A DNA stretch of 64,000 nucleotides from Nymphaea colorata. Its lineage: Eukaryota. How positions within the stretch are numbered: position 1 is the stretch's first letter; every line of letters begins with the position of its first letter. Below are positions 36,955 through 48,611 of the stretch, piece after piece. The position numbers and the translations under genes were made by a program. The stretch is taken from contig NC_045138.2 in NCBI RefSeq assembly GCF_008831285.2, forward strand, positions 7,564,001 to 7,628,000, read 5' to 3'. The notes below the pieces were generated by a model. The model had not been told where the DNA came from. It was given only the letters and a program-made list of their open reading frames with translations, and made no database searches.

Positions 36955-37909
36955 TGATGGCTGGAAATTTGAAACTGGAAATATATTTCCTGGAAAAATG
37001 GAATGAGAAATTTTTTTTTGAATTCTCATTTTGATGTGTGTGTGATGACTAAGAAATAAATTTTCAGAAATTTATTTCTCAGTTTGATGAAATAGAAATA
37101 TATTTCCAGGTTTAGGAGAAGAAGGGAGCGAGGAAGGAAGAAGTGAGGTGGAGGAAGAAGGGAAGGAGAGCGGGAGAAGGGAGGGAGGGAGGAGGAAGAA
37201 GGGAGCGAGGGAGGAAGAAGGGAAGGAGGGAGGAGGAAGAAGGGAGCGAGGGAGGAAAAAGGGAGCGAAGGAGGAAGAAGGGAAGGAGGGAGGAGGAAGG
37301 GAGGAAGAAGAGAGACGGAGGAAAAAGGGAAGGAGGGAGGAGGAAGAAGGGAGGCGGAGGAGGGAGGGAGGAGGAAAAAGGGAGCGAGGGAGGAAGAAGG
37401 GAGGCGGAGGAGGGAGGGAGGAGGAAAAAGGGAGCGAGGGAGGAAGAGGAAAAAGGGAAGGAGTGTGGAGGAAGAAGGGACGCAAAGGAAGAAGGGAAGG
37501 AGGGAGGCAGGGGAAGGAGGGAGGAGGAATGGAGGAAGAAGGGAGGCGGAGGAAAAAGGGAAGGAGGAAGGAGGAAGGAGGAAGAAGGGAGCGAGGGAGG
37601 AGGAAGAAGGGAGGAGGAGGAAAAAGGGAAGGAGGGAAGGAGGAGGAAGAAGGGAGGAGGAGGAAAAATGGAAGGAGGGAGGAGGAAGAAGGGAGGCGGA
37701 GAGCAAGGGAGGAAGCGTAACGGTCAAAAAAAAATTTCCAGACAAATTTTTCCAGCACTCAGTTGGAAAATTTTTTCTGGATATATATTTCTGTTTTCAG
37801 CTCCAACAGTCAAAAATTTGTTTCCTTGTCTGACAAAGAGGGAAAGTTTTTAAAAGTTTGAAATAAATTTTTTGTGCTACAGTAGATTTCTAGGGCATCA
37901 AACGTGCCC
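36955..37909. mobile_element. Same polypurine element (unit B), left TIR deleted
   Basis: Right end GCATCAAACGTGCCC|TTA is intact; the left TIR is absent (CAACTTGA joined directly to TGGCTGG). Confidence 0.7.
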
Positions 37910-39421
37910 TTAAGGAAACATGTAGAAATTTGTGTGAAGAATGAAATCAGTAAAGAAAATGATGTTTTTAACCTCGTGAACAACAAAGCTAATAAGACTA
38001 CTGAAAACTTTTTGTAGGGCGCTATTTATTTTTTTTATTTTATATTTTTATGGGAGCCAAATTAAAACGTTAGAAAATATTTACATGTAATTTTCTTTTT
38101 AAGATAGGAACGTGGCACACCTAGCTCACCTAACAGCTGATAAGCAGCCAGTCCTTGATGGGATTAAGTTTTGTATGTCATCCGCATGTACACAACGTGT
38201 GCATGATGGGGTAGACCCTATTACCATTATACTTATTCATTCTAACATTGCTGATAACAGCATGAGATAGTGAGTATGAGATAATGAGTATGAGATAATG
38301 AGTATAAGATAGCAACGCTTCCAGTTAGAGGTGTATATTAGTCATAATAATTTGCATATGTGGCAATCATTTGGTCAGAGCGTTATCGAATCCCAAAACC
38401 TTACTTTTTTGGATTCTTTTTTGTTCTTACATAATAACTTCACTTTTTCTATTAACCAATCGCATTTTTTATCATGATTATATTGGAGGACAAAAGAATC
38501 GTGCACGTCCGTGCCATATATGTCTGGCTTCCGTCCATGTTCAAGTTATAAAAACACCAACCTCTTGCTCCTTCTGATGGACCTAAGGGATGAGAGAGAA
38601 GCCTGGCGGTTTTATAACTTCTCTTAAAAAAAAAAAAAAAACAAAACATACATAGCTTTATGACATCTCAATTTCTTGAATGTAAGACTATTTTCATGCA
38701 AATTTTCACTTTAGAATATCCTGTTCAATCAACTAAGCCCTCCAATCAAAATCGTATGGTTGGAGATACGTTTAGTGTGAACACAGGTTACTTTTGTTTA
38801 CAGGAGGAGGGGAGCCTAACTCCCAGCAACTCTTCATTGGAACTACAACGTTTATAGTGTGAACACATGTTACTATTGTAGCTGTCATTTACTAATAGAG
38901 GCATCTCAAAGATCGATATAGAAGTGTCAAATAGTTTCAAAATTACGACTATAGTAAGACGATAAAAATTACAAAATGGGGACACACAAAGTTTGAGGAA
39001 ATAACAGACCACCACTCAACTTAATTTTAAAGGTTAACAAAATCGCACATTCAACGTTCGACAGAAATTCTTAATGAGTTGCCTACAACCAACAAACGTT
39101 CATTGATGATATAAATGGTAAAAAAATAAAAAATATCACAGACAACGAACATTAATTTATGACATAAAATGATTAAATATCTGTCATGAAAAACCACTTC
39201 TCCCATGGAAGACGAAAGAAGTTTTTTTAAAGAAAAATATGTTTGGCATTATATATCAAAAATTAACATTTTCCATTTACTGATGGCTATTTGAGTATTT
39301 CTCACTAAAGTTGATGATATATTTGTAATTTGCTTTTAAAGCTGATAAGATTATTTTTCATTTGCCCAAATGTTACTATGTCAGGTGCCTCTCATAATAT
39401 ATCTTTGGGTAAAATTTGGTG

Positions 39422-39664
39422 TCAAACATTAATTGAAAAAACATGTAAAATTTCTTTGTAAACTATTGATGATGTATATTTAGCATTGTTTGCGGCATTA
39501 TCCAAAACAACTTGTGCAACTCTAGCATTATAACTAGCTAAAGTTTTAATGAACTTAATAAAGTTATTTTGATTCAATGAACATGAACTTTCATCATGGC
39601 CGTTAAAAGCACAAACTCGAAATGCTAACCAACTAACTGTATTTAGAGATGCCTTCAACCTCAA
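39422..39664 (-). mobile_element. hAT-related transposase fragment (duplicate)
   Basis: Translation identical to 24208-24450. Confidence 0.8.
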
Positions 39665-39683
39665 GCTGTTGTTTCGACATCCT

Positions 39684-40107
39684 TCTCGGCCAGATGGGTT
39701 TTTAGCAAGATTATATCAATGTAGTGGTAAGCTTCTTTAAGATGACAAAATTTGTTAAAAAACTCAATAGAGCAAACATAGTCCTCATTCCGAAGCACGA
39801 TGGCGCCCGAAGAGTCCAAGATATCTGGTCCGTTGCCCTTTGCAAAAATCTTTATAAAATCATCACCAAATTGATGCCCGTTTCTGATAATCCTCGATAG
39901 TGAGATAGTGCATTCACTTGGGAATCTTCATATCACCATCTTCTTGTTTGAAAGTAAACATTGCAAAGGCTTTTGATAAACTGAAGTGGAGGTTCCTACG
40001 CAATGCTTTACTCAAGCTTGGGTTTGCATCTCAGTGGGTTTACAAGATTATGACATGTGCATCTATAGCCTCTGCTGCTGTCTCTATAAATGGTCAAATT
40101 GGCAATT
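39684..40107 (+). mobile_element. LINE reverse-transcriptase fragment (duplicate)
   Basis: Copy of 24470-24893 at offset +15214. Confidence 0.8.
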
Positions 40108-40794
40108 TCAGTGCCGAGGCTGAATATAGGGCAATGGCGACTACCTCAAACGAGCTCATTTGGATCAAATCACACATCCAAGAACTTGGATTTGTTATCA
40201 AGTCTCCCATTCCAATGCAGTGTAACAATCAAGCTGCAATTCATATAGCTGCAAATTTAGTTTTTCACGAACGTACCAAACACATAGAAATTGATTGTCA
40301 TTATGTATGTGAAAAGGTTAAAAAAGGAGAGATTGAAACTCCATATACTAGAAGCACAGAGCAGTTGAACGATGGGTATATTAAAGGACTTCCTACAAAG
40401 CAATTTGATGATATTAAAAGCAAGTGGGGCTGTTTGAATCTCTACGCCCCACTTGAAGGGGAGTGTTGAAAGCAATCGTTTCAGCCAGCACAGCATACTC
40501 AATGGCTCCTCTCAATCTTGCCTTCTGAAACCCATTGAACGTTCGAAGGATTACTGCCATTCTCATTAGTTTCCTCAATAATCTTAATTCCTGTATGTAA
40601 AGTTCACCAAATGTTCATATTCATCATGTATTATATATGTCCTTGTAAAGCAAAGAAAAAAACAAAGAGAAAGAAAATAGAGGAAATCAAAGGGACTGCT
40701 GCTCTGGTGTTCTTTGTGGATCTAGGTCTATGAACCAAACCACGTAAAATCTGTGTTTCAATTCTTCGTTCTCCTCTTCTCTCCCATTTCAACA
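40108..40794 (+). mobile_element. 5'-truncated Ty1/Copia RNase H and 3' LTR (duplicate; LTR 40464-40794)
   Basis: Copy of 24894-25580. Confidence 0.88.
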
Positions 40795-43262
40795 TAAACA
40801 TTTCTTGTAAATCCTTCCTTTAATAAATTGATGGATGTTTATGTATAAATATATAGGATGCTTATGTTTCATCTAAAATAATTATTTAGCAAAAATTTGA
40901 AGGGTCAATTTCTTTGATTTAACTATAACCCCTTTTCATTTAAGTTGACCTTGTGTGCTTAATACTTTAGTGATATCGGTAGGTCAATGACGAAATTTGA
41001 TTACTAATTCAGAAACGAATCCATTTAGTCAAATCTAATAAAGAAAAATGGACAAAAAAAAATTCTATTCTGATTCAAATTTGGTATATGGTTCGAGTAT
41101 TTGACTTCTAATTCACGTTATAAATATGGTAATGGCGGCAGTCCATTATGTGTAAACATCGGATATTGCTCCCGTTGAATTTGGATATGGTTTAAAAAAC
41201 TTATGTCTAACTTCAAACCTGATTAAGGATGTTCCGATCAAATGGAATTTGATAAATTTTGAATCCAACACATGTTTGAAACTTGAAACCTCTATTTCCT
41301 CGCTCAAAGGAAAAATTAGAAAGGTACAACCCATATTTGAAACTATAATAAAATATTGGCCCTTAATAAGAATTTCCCAAAAATGAAGTTTTTGCTATTT
41401 AGGAGTTCTGTCTGGTAGTGTGGAAGCCTCTCCTTTTTCTTCTTGTTCTTGGGGTCTAGAGCTGTTTGTGGACCTGGTTGGGGAATGAGACAACCATCAG
41501 TTATAATGTCACTCATCCATCATTGTAGTCCTCTTGTCCACGAGAATTGGATTGACGACCGAATTTTAACCAATCTACCAGTTCAACCAACTAAGCTACG
41601 TCCCTCAAAGAAATCCTTTTTTTTTGTGTATGTGAAAAGAAGAAAGCATTGTATGGGCCATGTAGAACTCTGGCTAAAATATCAAGTAAAAAATATGACG
41701 CGTAAAAAAAAGTAATATGACATAACCACAGACTAAAAATTTGAAGATGTACTTTCTTTCAATTTTTCTATTGCTGAATTGGTTAAGGGTTTTTAAAATA
41801 TATATTATAATCCTTCCCAAGATTGAAGCTAAATTTCCCCAATCACCATGGTATAAAAGTAAAGTGATCATTATCTATTAGTTGTCCTTTAGCCTTTTTT
41901 TTTAATTAACAAAACTACTTGTTATATTAAGTTCATACTAGGCCTTTTGTTCAACTCAACTTAGCCATAAAGGAAATTGTATTACAACCCTATTAAACTT
42001 ATTATTCTTTTGATATCCTTTAGTTCCAGGTATCATAGATTTCCTATTGATACAAAGGAAAAAATTGTGACTTAAGTTGAAAACATTTGCACATAAATCC
42101 AGGCACAGGCACAGCCAGAAAATTTTGGTTAAGAGGTATTAAGAAGGACCTTCAAGATCTTATTGAATATAAATGAGAAAAATGATCCTGAAGTATTAAT
42201 TTAAAAAGAAGCATTTTCGAGTCAGTGTGGGCAATTTCCCATGCAATGTCCACATCTGCTTCCTCCCCTGCATAAAACTGACTGGATGCATAACTTTTAG
42301 AAACTTTGTACACTTGATGTCTCTCAAGCAAAAATACACTTCTGCTATGAGGAAAAACGATAATGAAACATCTATGTTGTACTGTAATATAAACACCATT
42401 TACATAAACGAAATTGAAAAAGAAAAAGAAAATAAAGAGCTCATTACATCCATCTGTAATAGAATGAACAAATGAAAAAGCTTTTGCACATGCCCGTTCT
42501 ATTTTTGTATGATACAATTTAGACGTTTGAGAAAGATTTATGTTCCTAAAAACATTTACATCCGTGAATGTGAAGTTTTTTCTAATGGATTTTTCTTTGT
42601 TAGAATCATCTATAAAACTTTTAGACAAAAGTTTAACGCATTTTTGCTTGATACGTAGCCTGATATAAACATCCTTGTGCTTTAATTAGGGATTTCTACA
42701 CCATGAAGGGCCAGCAGACGTGGTCGTTCCCCTAATGCATGTTCTTGTAAAGATTTTATCAAATTTTTTAATAATGGCCGTCCGAAAATTATAAATGGTC
42801 CAATATGTTCATACACTTGGTCTAATAACAGATTGGAAGAAGAAAATATTAGATGCCGACTTGACTGGCGATTGTTAATAACAGAAGTGCATTTTTTTCG
42901 AAAAAAAAAACGTGGAAAATTAAATGGCCGTTTAAAACTTGAAAAACGAGTTTTTTTAAAAAAAAGTTAAAAACGACGGTTTTTCAGTGTTTTAATGTTA
43001 AACAGTTTTATTTTTTCATTTTTTATTTTTTATTTGTTGCAAATCTACTTTTCTTTTGATGTTTGTGTTATTAGTTTCTCACTTACCCCCATTTTAGTTT
43101 TTTTTATAATTTTCAAAAATTTACTGTATTTTTCCTTTATTTTATTTTATTAAGCTCATCATATTATACCTAAGAAAAACCTCACCATTTAAAACTTCGA
43201 GACGTTATTTGTGACTATGCATTCACAGATGTAAATGTTAATACTATGTGGTGGCATAATGT

Positions 43263-44693
43263 GAACATGAAGTTTTCATTAAGAGTAATCTTCGCAAAGA
43301 CAATATCTGATCACCGTGCCCTTCTCTTACATATTAATGAGAGGTTTTCTGGCGGTGGTGGTAAATCTCTATTTAGATTTTTGAGCTGCTGGATGATGAC
43401 GGATGAGCATGAACAGATGATTAAAAAAGTTGGAATATGTTCCCCGCTCTCTCTCATGGTGGAACTCTTAACATTTTTTTTGTAAATCCCATACAATCTG
43501 CTTTTTTTCAAGCTACACAGAATCGCTAGGTTTGTAGGACACCAATCATGAGCGTGCTTAAGGAAGGTGCTGGACAACATATGCTTGCATGAGGAAGATG
43601 ACAAGAATACAACATTTTTTAAAAGTTAGGTGAAAAATCAGTTTAAAAAAAAAAAAGAAAAAAGAAAAAACTATGTTGGTAATTCATGGCAGGAAGTTGG
43701 ATGTCCCTTGGCAAATTTCTGCAGGATGTAGGGATTATTTTGTTGAATTATTTTCAGGCAAGCAAAGTTTTCTGTGCAAAGGGAGGATTTTTGAGGGCCC
43801 AAGAGTCACTGATGAAGATAATAGAGCCCTTATGCCTCTTGTGCAACCACAAGAGGTGAGGAAAGCCCTTTTTAGTATGGCCAATGGAAAAGCTCCATGC
43901 CCGGATGGATTTGAGGCATATTTTTATTAAAATTATACTGCACATATTGGGTTGAGATATCTCCAAAGCAGTTATGGATTGTTTTTATGTCGGGTAAATT
44001 GATGCAAAAGCAGAATATTAGACAAGGGACCCGATGTCTCCCTTATCATTTTTTGGAGGCCATGGAAATATTATCCAGACTTATCAAACTCAGAACTAAT
44101 AAGAATGACATCCAAGTTCCTCTTATTCCTCGCGTTGGGCATTGTCCAGGCCTCCTCTCTTTGGCTGATGGTGTTCTTTTATTTTGTAAAGCAGAAAGAA
44201 GGTCTGTCACAAATATAATGCTTGTTCTTGAGGCCATGGGAAGAACATCAGTGCTCAAAATAAATGCTGCAAATTCTCCCCTCATTGTTCTTAATGGTGA
44301 CAGAACTATTCTGGATTCGTTATTCTAATTAGCAGGGCTGTTCACTGCAATCTCTACCCCTTAAGTATCTTGAACTTCCTTTATTTCAAGGAAATCTTAA
44401 AGTGGAATGTTGTGAGGACCCCGTACACAAGGTTGATAGGAAGCTTGCAGGTTGGAGAGTTCCACTTCTCTCTTATGCAGGTCGTAAGTGCTTACTCGAG
44501 CATGTCATTTCCCCCATGGCCTCAAGAACAAGCATTATACAAATTATCTTATGGTGCGAGCAAAATGAAATCAGGAAACTTCATATGGTGGCCTGGAAAA
44601 CTATCTGTATGCCTAAAATTGAAGGTGGCGTGGGCCTGCTATGGCCTCATTTTTCTGGCCTAATCTGGAAGGAGCTGTAAAATGGATAATCAA
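43263..44693 (+). mobile_element. Degenerate LINE ORF2 (duplicate)
   Basis: Copy at offset +15213 with identical ORF translations. Confidence 0.85.
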
Positions 44694-45491
44694 TGAAGGT
44701 ATTTGTTAGCCTAATTAGCATGCTGCTCCTATAAACTATTTGAAGTTCAAAATCAATTGTAGCCACTCATTAGTAGCACTACTATTGTTGCAGTAGATTG
44801 GATGCAGTAAATGCATCGGTTCCTTCCTTCCCCGTCACATTCAAATTGAAGAGAGAAGAAGCACCAACAAAAAAAGTCTAAAGTAAGTGACAAACAAAGA
44901 ATCAACAAATCCAAATGCGTTAAAAATTGCAGAAATTGAAATTTCCAAATCAAAATAAAATGATTTTTGATGATCAAAACAACATGAATCTAAACATCCA
45001 AAAAGTCAGACAAAACGAGTTACTGAGTGAAACTAAAATGGGATTTCTTGTTATCAGAACAAGAGGAACAGAGAGAGAGGGAGAGATCTTTATTCAACAT
45101 TTCAAAGCCAATCAAAGGTTGGGCTGGTGTACAATCCAGTACCTCACTAGGAAGCCAAAACAAAACCATGGGTCTAGCAAGAGTCCAACGTATGGAACCA
45201 AGACAAAACTTCGGGTCAAACACCAAACCAACTAGAACAGGACGAAAGTGAAACAAGTATAAAACCGAATGATTGCAGTTGATAATATCGCTGTGATATG
45301 TAAAGAATATGAAACTCACCCAATAACCATATCCTTCTTCCCCATCAACTTGCATGACAAGGAGAATGCCCTCACCACCCCCCAAAGTCCATGAAAAGGA
45401 CCCCATAGAGGTATATCTCTATTGCTCTATAGAGAACAGACGGAAGCCGAAGACCCAGGTTGAAATGACAAAAAATCCAAGGGTGCCCTAA

Positions 45492-46725
45492 GGGCCCGTT
45501 TGATGGGCGGGTGAAATTTAACGTGGTAAATTTTTCTGGAAACTGTGCTGATTATGGAACTTATGAGTCATGATATTAGCTGAAAGCCTGAAACATAAAT
45601 CAGACTTCTCAAAAACAGAAATGAGACTTCCCACGTCAAAGATTTTAGAAAGCTTTCCATTACCAAATTAAATGTTCATCGTCATCATCAAATGGCATGT
45701 CTATTTCATAGGAAAACTGAAAAATTACGAACTGACTGTAATGAGTTACAAACATACTGTAAATAGACAAATAAACATATTGAAATAAAAAAATTTACAA
45801 CTTACAAACAGAGTTACAGACCATATAATGAAACAAAATTTATATAAGCATTATGACATTAATATCAGTAATGAAATGGCAAACAATTTAAAGTCACTGC
45901 TTATGTACTTGATCAAGAAATCAAGAAAGACCTCCTTCGACGCTGGTGGACAATGACTATATTAACCAAGGCTCACCTCCTTCGAGAATTGGCAGCAGCT
46001 TGTGGAAGATCCTCAATGGGAGAAGAAGCGGAAGGCAAAATCTCCCGTGAAATTACAATGTAAACACCCAAATCAGTCGTCGAAGATCCTCAATGGGAGA
46101 AGAAGCGGAAGGCAAAATCCTATGTGAAATTTCAATGTAAACGCCCAAATCATATGCCCAAACAACAAAGACTATGCTGGTAACTGTGGCAGAAGCGAGA
46201 GAGATAGAGACACTCACCAGGCAGTAATAGGGGCAACTGTGGCAGAGAAGCGACGGCGCAGAGAGGCAACTGTGGCAGACAGTCTCTGTGGCAGAGGGGA
46301 AGGAGCGACAACTCAGGGCATCAGAGAAAGGGAGAAGGGGAGGGAATCAGAGAGAGAAAGGAAAAAAGCCTACCGGCGATGGAGCGGAGACGCGACGGCG
46401 CAGCTGCGACGGTGAGAACTGGTTCTACTCTGGTGCGAGTGCGACAGTGAGAAGGCACGAGGTCGAGAGCTGCGGAGGGAGGTCGAGCGGAGTGCAAGTA
46501 GATTCCCCAAAACATATATTTCGAGCGGGTGAAATTTCACCCGCTTGAAAGTCCGAGCTCGGAGCTCGGACTTTCGAGAGGGTGGAATTCCACTCGCTCC
46601 CTTTTGGGTTAAACGGGTGGAATTCCACCCCGTTTGATGGGTTTTCAATCGGGCGGGTGAAATTTCACCCGCCCATACAAATTCTTCCTCCCCCATCAAC
46701 TTTCACCCGCCCATCAAACGGGCCC
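45492..46725. mobile_element. PIF/Harbinger non-autonomous element (duplicate)
   Basis: Same TIRs and TAA TSD. Confidence 0.92.
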
Positions 46726-47755
46726 TAAAGGATGACTAAATTACGTGAGGTTTACGAATCCTGGAAGACTACCTTGTAGACATAAGAAGGGCAGTCGTCC
46801 TCCTGACATTGTTAGATGTATCTTTGGTCAGAAGTGCCGTGGCTCATAGACATGCCTTCAATTCATCTTCAATAATTTGAGGCTCTGGGTTCGTAGAACA
46901 ACTTCCATAAACTTTAGGAACTCTTTTATAGGGCGATGTAGGGAAAACCCGATCCCTTCGGCAACACAAGAGAGATATTGTGCCACCATAGACCCAAACA
47001 AGGAGGGTGGAGGAAGCCAAGACAATGGGAACTCCGGAACCCTGGCACTTGGAAGCACTGGCAAGGAGTGTGCAGGGAGCAAATGGAGCGGATGATGGAG
47101 TAGAAGGAAAAAATTGATAATGACTTGTTTGCCCTGAAGGAGGGGCGGAGCGAGGATCTTTTCAAGGGTGGGTCAAACAGTTTGACAAACTTCAATATGT
47201 TATATATATAATATATTATATATATAATATATAAAATATAATATATATACTTGCACACTTTATATAGCATTTGCAAAACCACTGCATAGTAAAAGTGAAC
47301 ATATGTCGCATTCAATTGCCCACATCATGAACGTGAAGCATGACCTGTTCTACAACATATTTTAATAATTGGTTGTGTCATTAGCACAAAGCGTGATCTG
47401 TCCTAAACAAATAAGGTGATATATTTCGATTATAGTGACGTAAGCAATCTAAAATGTAGCAAACAAATATATCTATAAATTTTAAAACCAAACAAATAAG
47501 TGTTACCTAAAACAAGCAAATTTGTATTTTTTGCCTTTATTTTTATTAAAAATAGTCACATATCATCATTCATTCACATTGTCATAAAAAGTATATAATT
47601 CACTCAAAGATGAGAGCTCGCTCCTTAAATAAAAGTTATATGTACAACCATTAAGTCCCAATAGTGACATTTCATTAGAAATAAAAAAATTCAATAGTTG
47701 AACATATTAGCGATTATATATGTTATATGTTTATTATTTGCACCACCATAGTGGC

Positions 47756-47946
47756 CTCGGTAGAGATAGGAATTTTTTATGAGTAAGACAGAATTATAGT
47801 TACAAAAATCTGACGGAGACTGAAATATAATTTTTCAAAATTTGTATATAAGATAGATAAATTTGTTTAAAATTTACATGTAAATTTAACAAAGAAAACT
47901 AAGGGGGGAGAGGGCCTCTGCGGGCCCCACCCCAGCTCCGCCCTTG
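47756..47946. mobile_element. hAT-type MITE in the dirigent promoter (unit B)
   Basis: Same ATAGTGGC TSD. Confidence 0.75.
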
Positions 47947-47971
47947 ATAGTGGCCTTAGCTAGCTCTTTCC

Positions 47972-47979
47972 TATAAATA
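47972..47979 (+). promoter_or_regulatory. TATA box of dirigent gene B
   Basis: Same as copy A. Confidence 0.75.
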
Positions 47980-48044
47980 AGGTGCCTGTGAATGTGTTTT
48001 CTTCACTCACCTCCCCCATACGATAAGCCTAGAGGCTGTCAAGT

Positions 48045-48611
48045 ATGTCTGCCACAACCTTCTTCACAACTACCCAATTCTTGCTCTTCTTCTTCTCCCT
48101 CACCACCATCACACTTGGTGATGCCAACATCCAAGGGGAAGTACTGAATCCTCCAGCCCAAGGAACTGAGAAGGTGAGCCATATTCACTTTTATTTCCAT
48201 GATAGCCTGGATGGGCGGTACTCTATCCGCATTGCCGCTGCGCCGCCGTTTTACAAGTCGGCGACCCCATTTGGTCTTGCCGCTGTTGTTGATTCCCCGT
48301 TGACGGAAGGGCCTGATCCAGGATCCAAGTTGGTTGGAAGAGCACAAGGGCTGTATGTCATAGCTTCAAAGGAAGAAGTTGGCTTGCTAATGGATTTGAC
48401 ATACCAGCTCTACGAAGGAAAGTACAATGGGAGCAGCATCAGTGTGCTTGGGCGGAATGCAGTGCGTAATCCATTGAGGGAGATGCCGGTTGTGGGGGGA
48501 ACTGGCCTTTTCCGGCTAGCCCGCGGTTACGTACAAGCTAAGAACTACCTTTACAACCTCACAAGTGGGCTTGCAATTGTGGAATATGATGCATTTGTGA
48601 TGCATTATTAG
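48045..48611 (+). CDS. DIR: Dirigent protein, second copy (identical protein)
   Basis: Translation identical to 32820..33386. Confidence 0.96.
   Translation: MSATTFFTTTQFLLFFFSLTTITLGDANIQGEVLNPPAQGTEKVSHIHFYFHDSLDGRYSIRIAAAPPFYKSATPFGLAAVVDSPLTEGPDPGSKLVGRAQGLYVIASKEEVGLLMDLTYQLYEGKYNGSSISVLGRNAVRNPLREMPVVGGTGLFRLARGYVQAKNYLYNLTSGLAIVEYDAFVMHY

Noticed and set aside
25250..40794. Matching LTRs at 25250-25580 and 40464-40794 suggesting a 15-kb LTR retrotransposon carrying the dirigent gene
   Set aside because: Both are 3' LTRs preceded by the same PPT/RNase H and followed by the same flank, with no PBS after the first. They match because of the segmental duplication.
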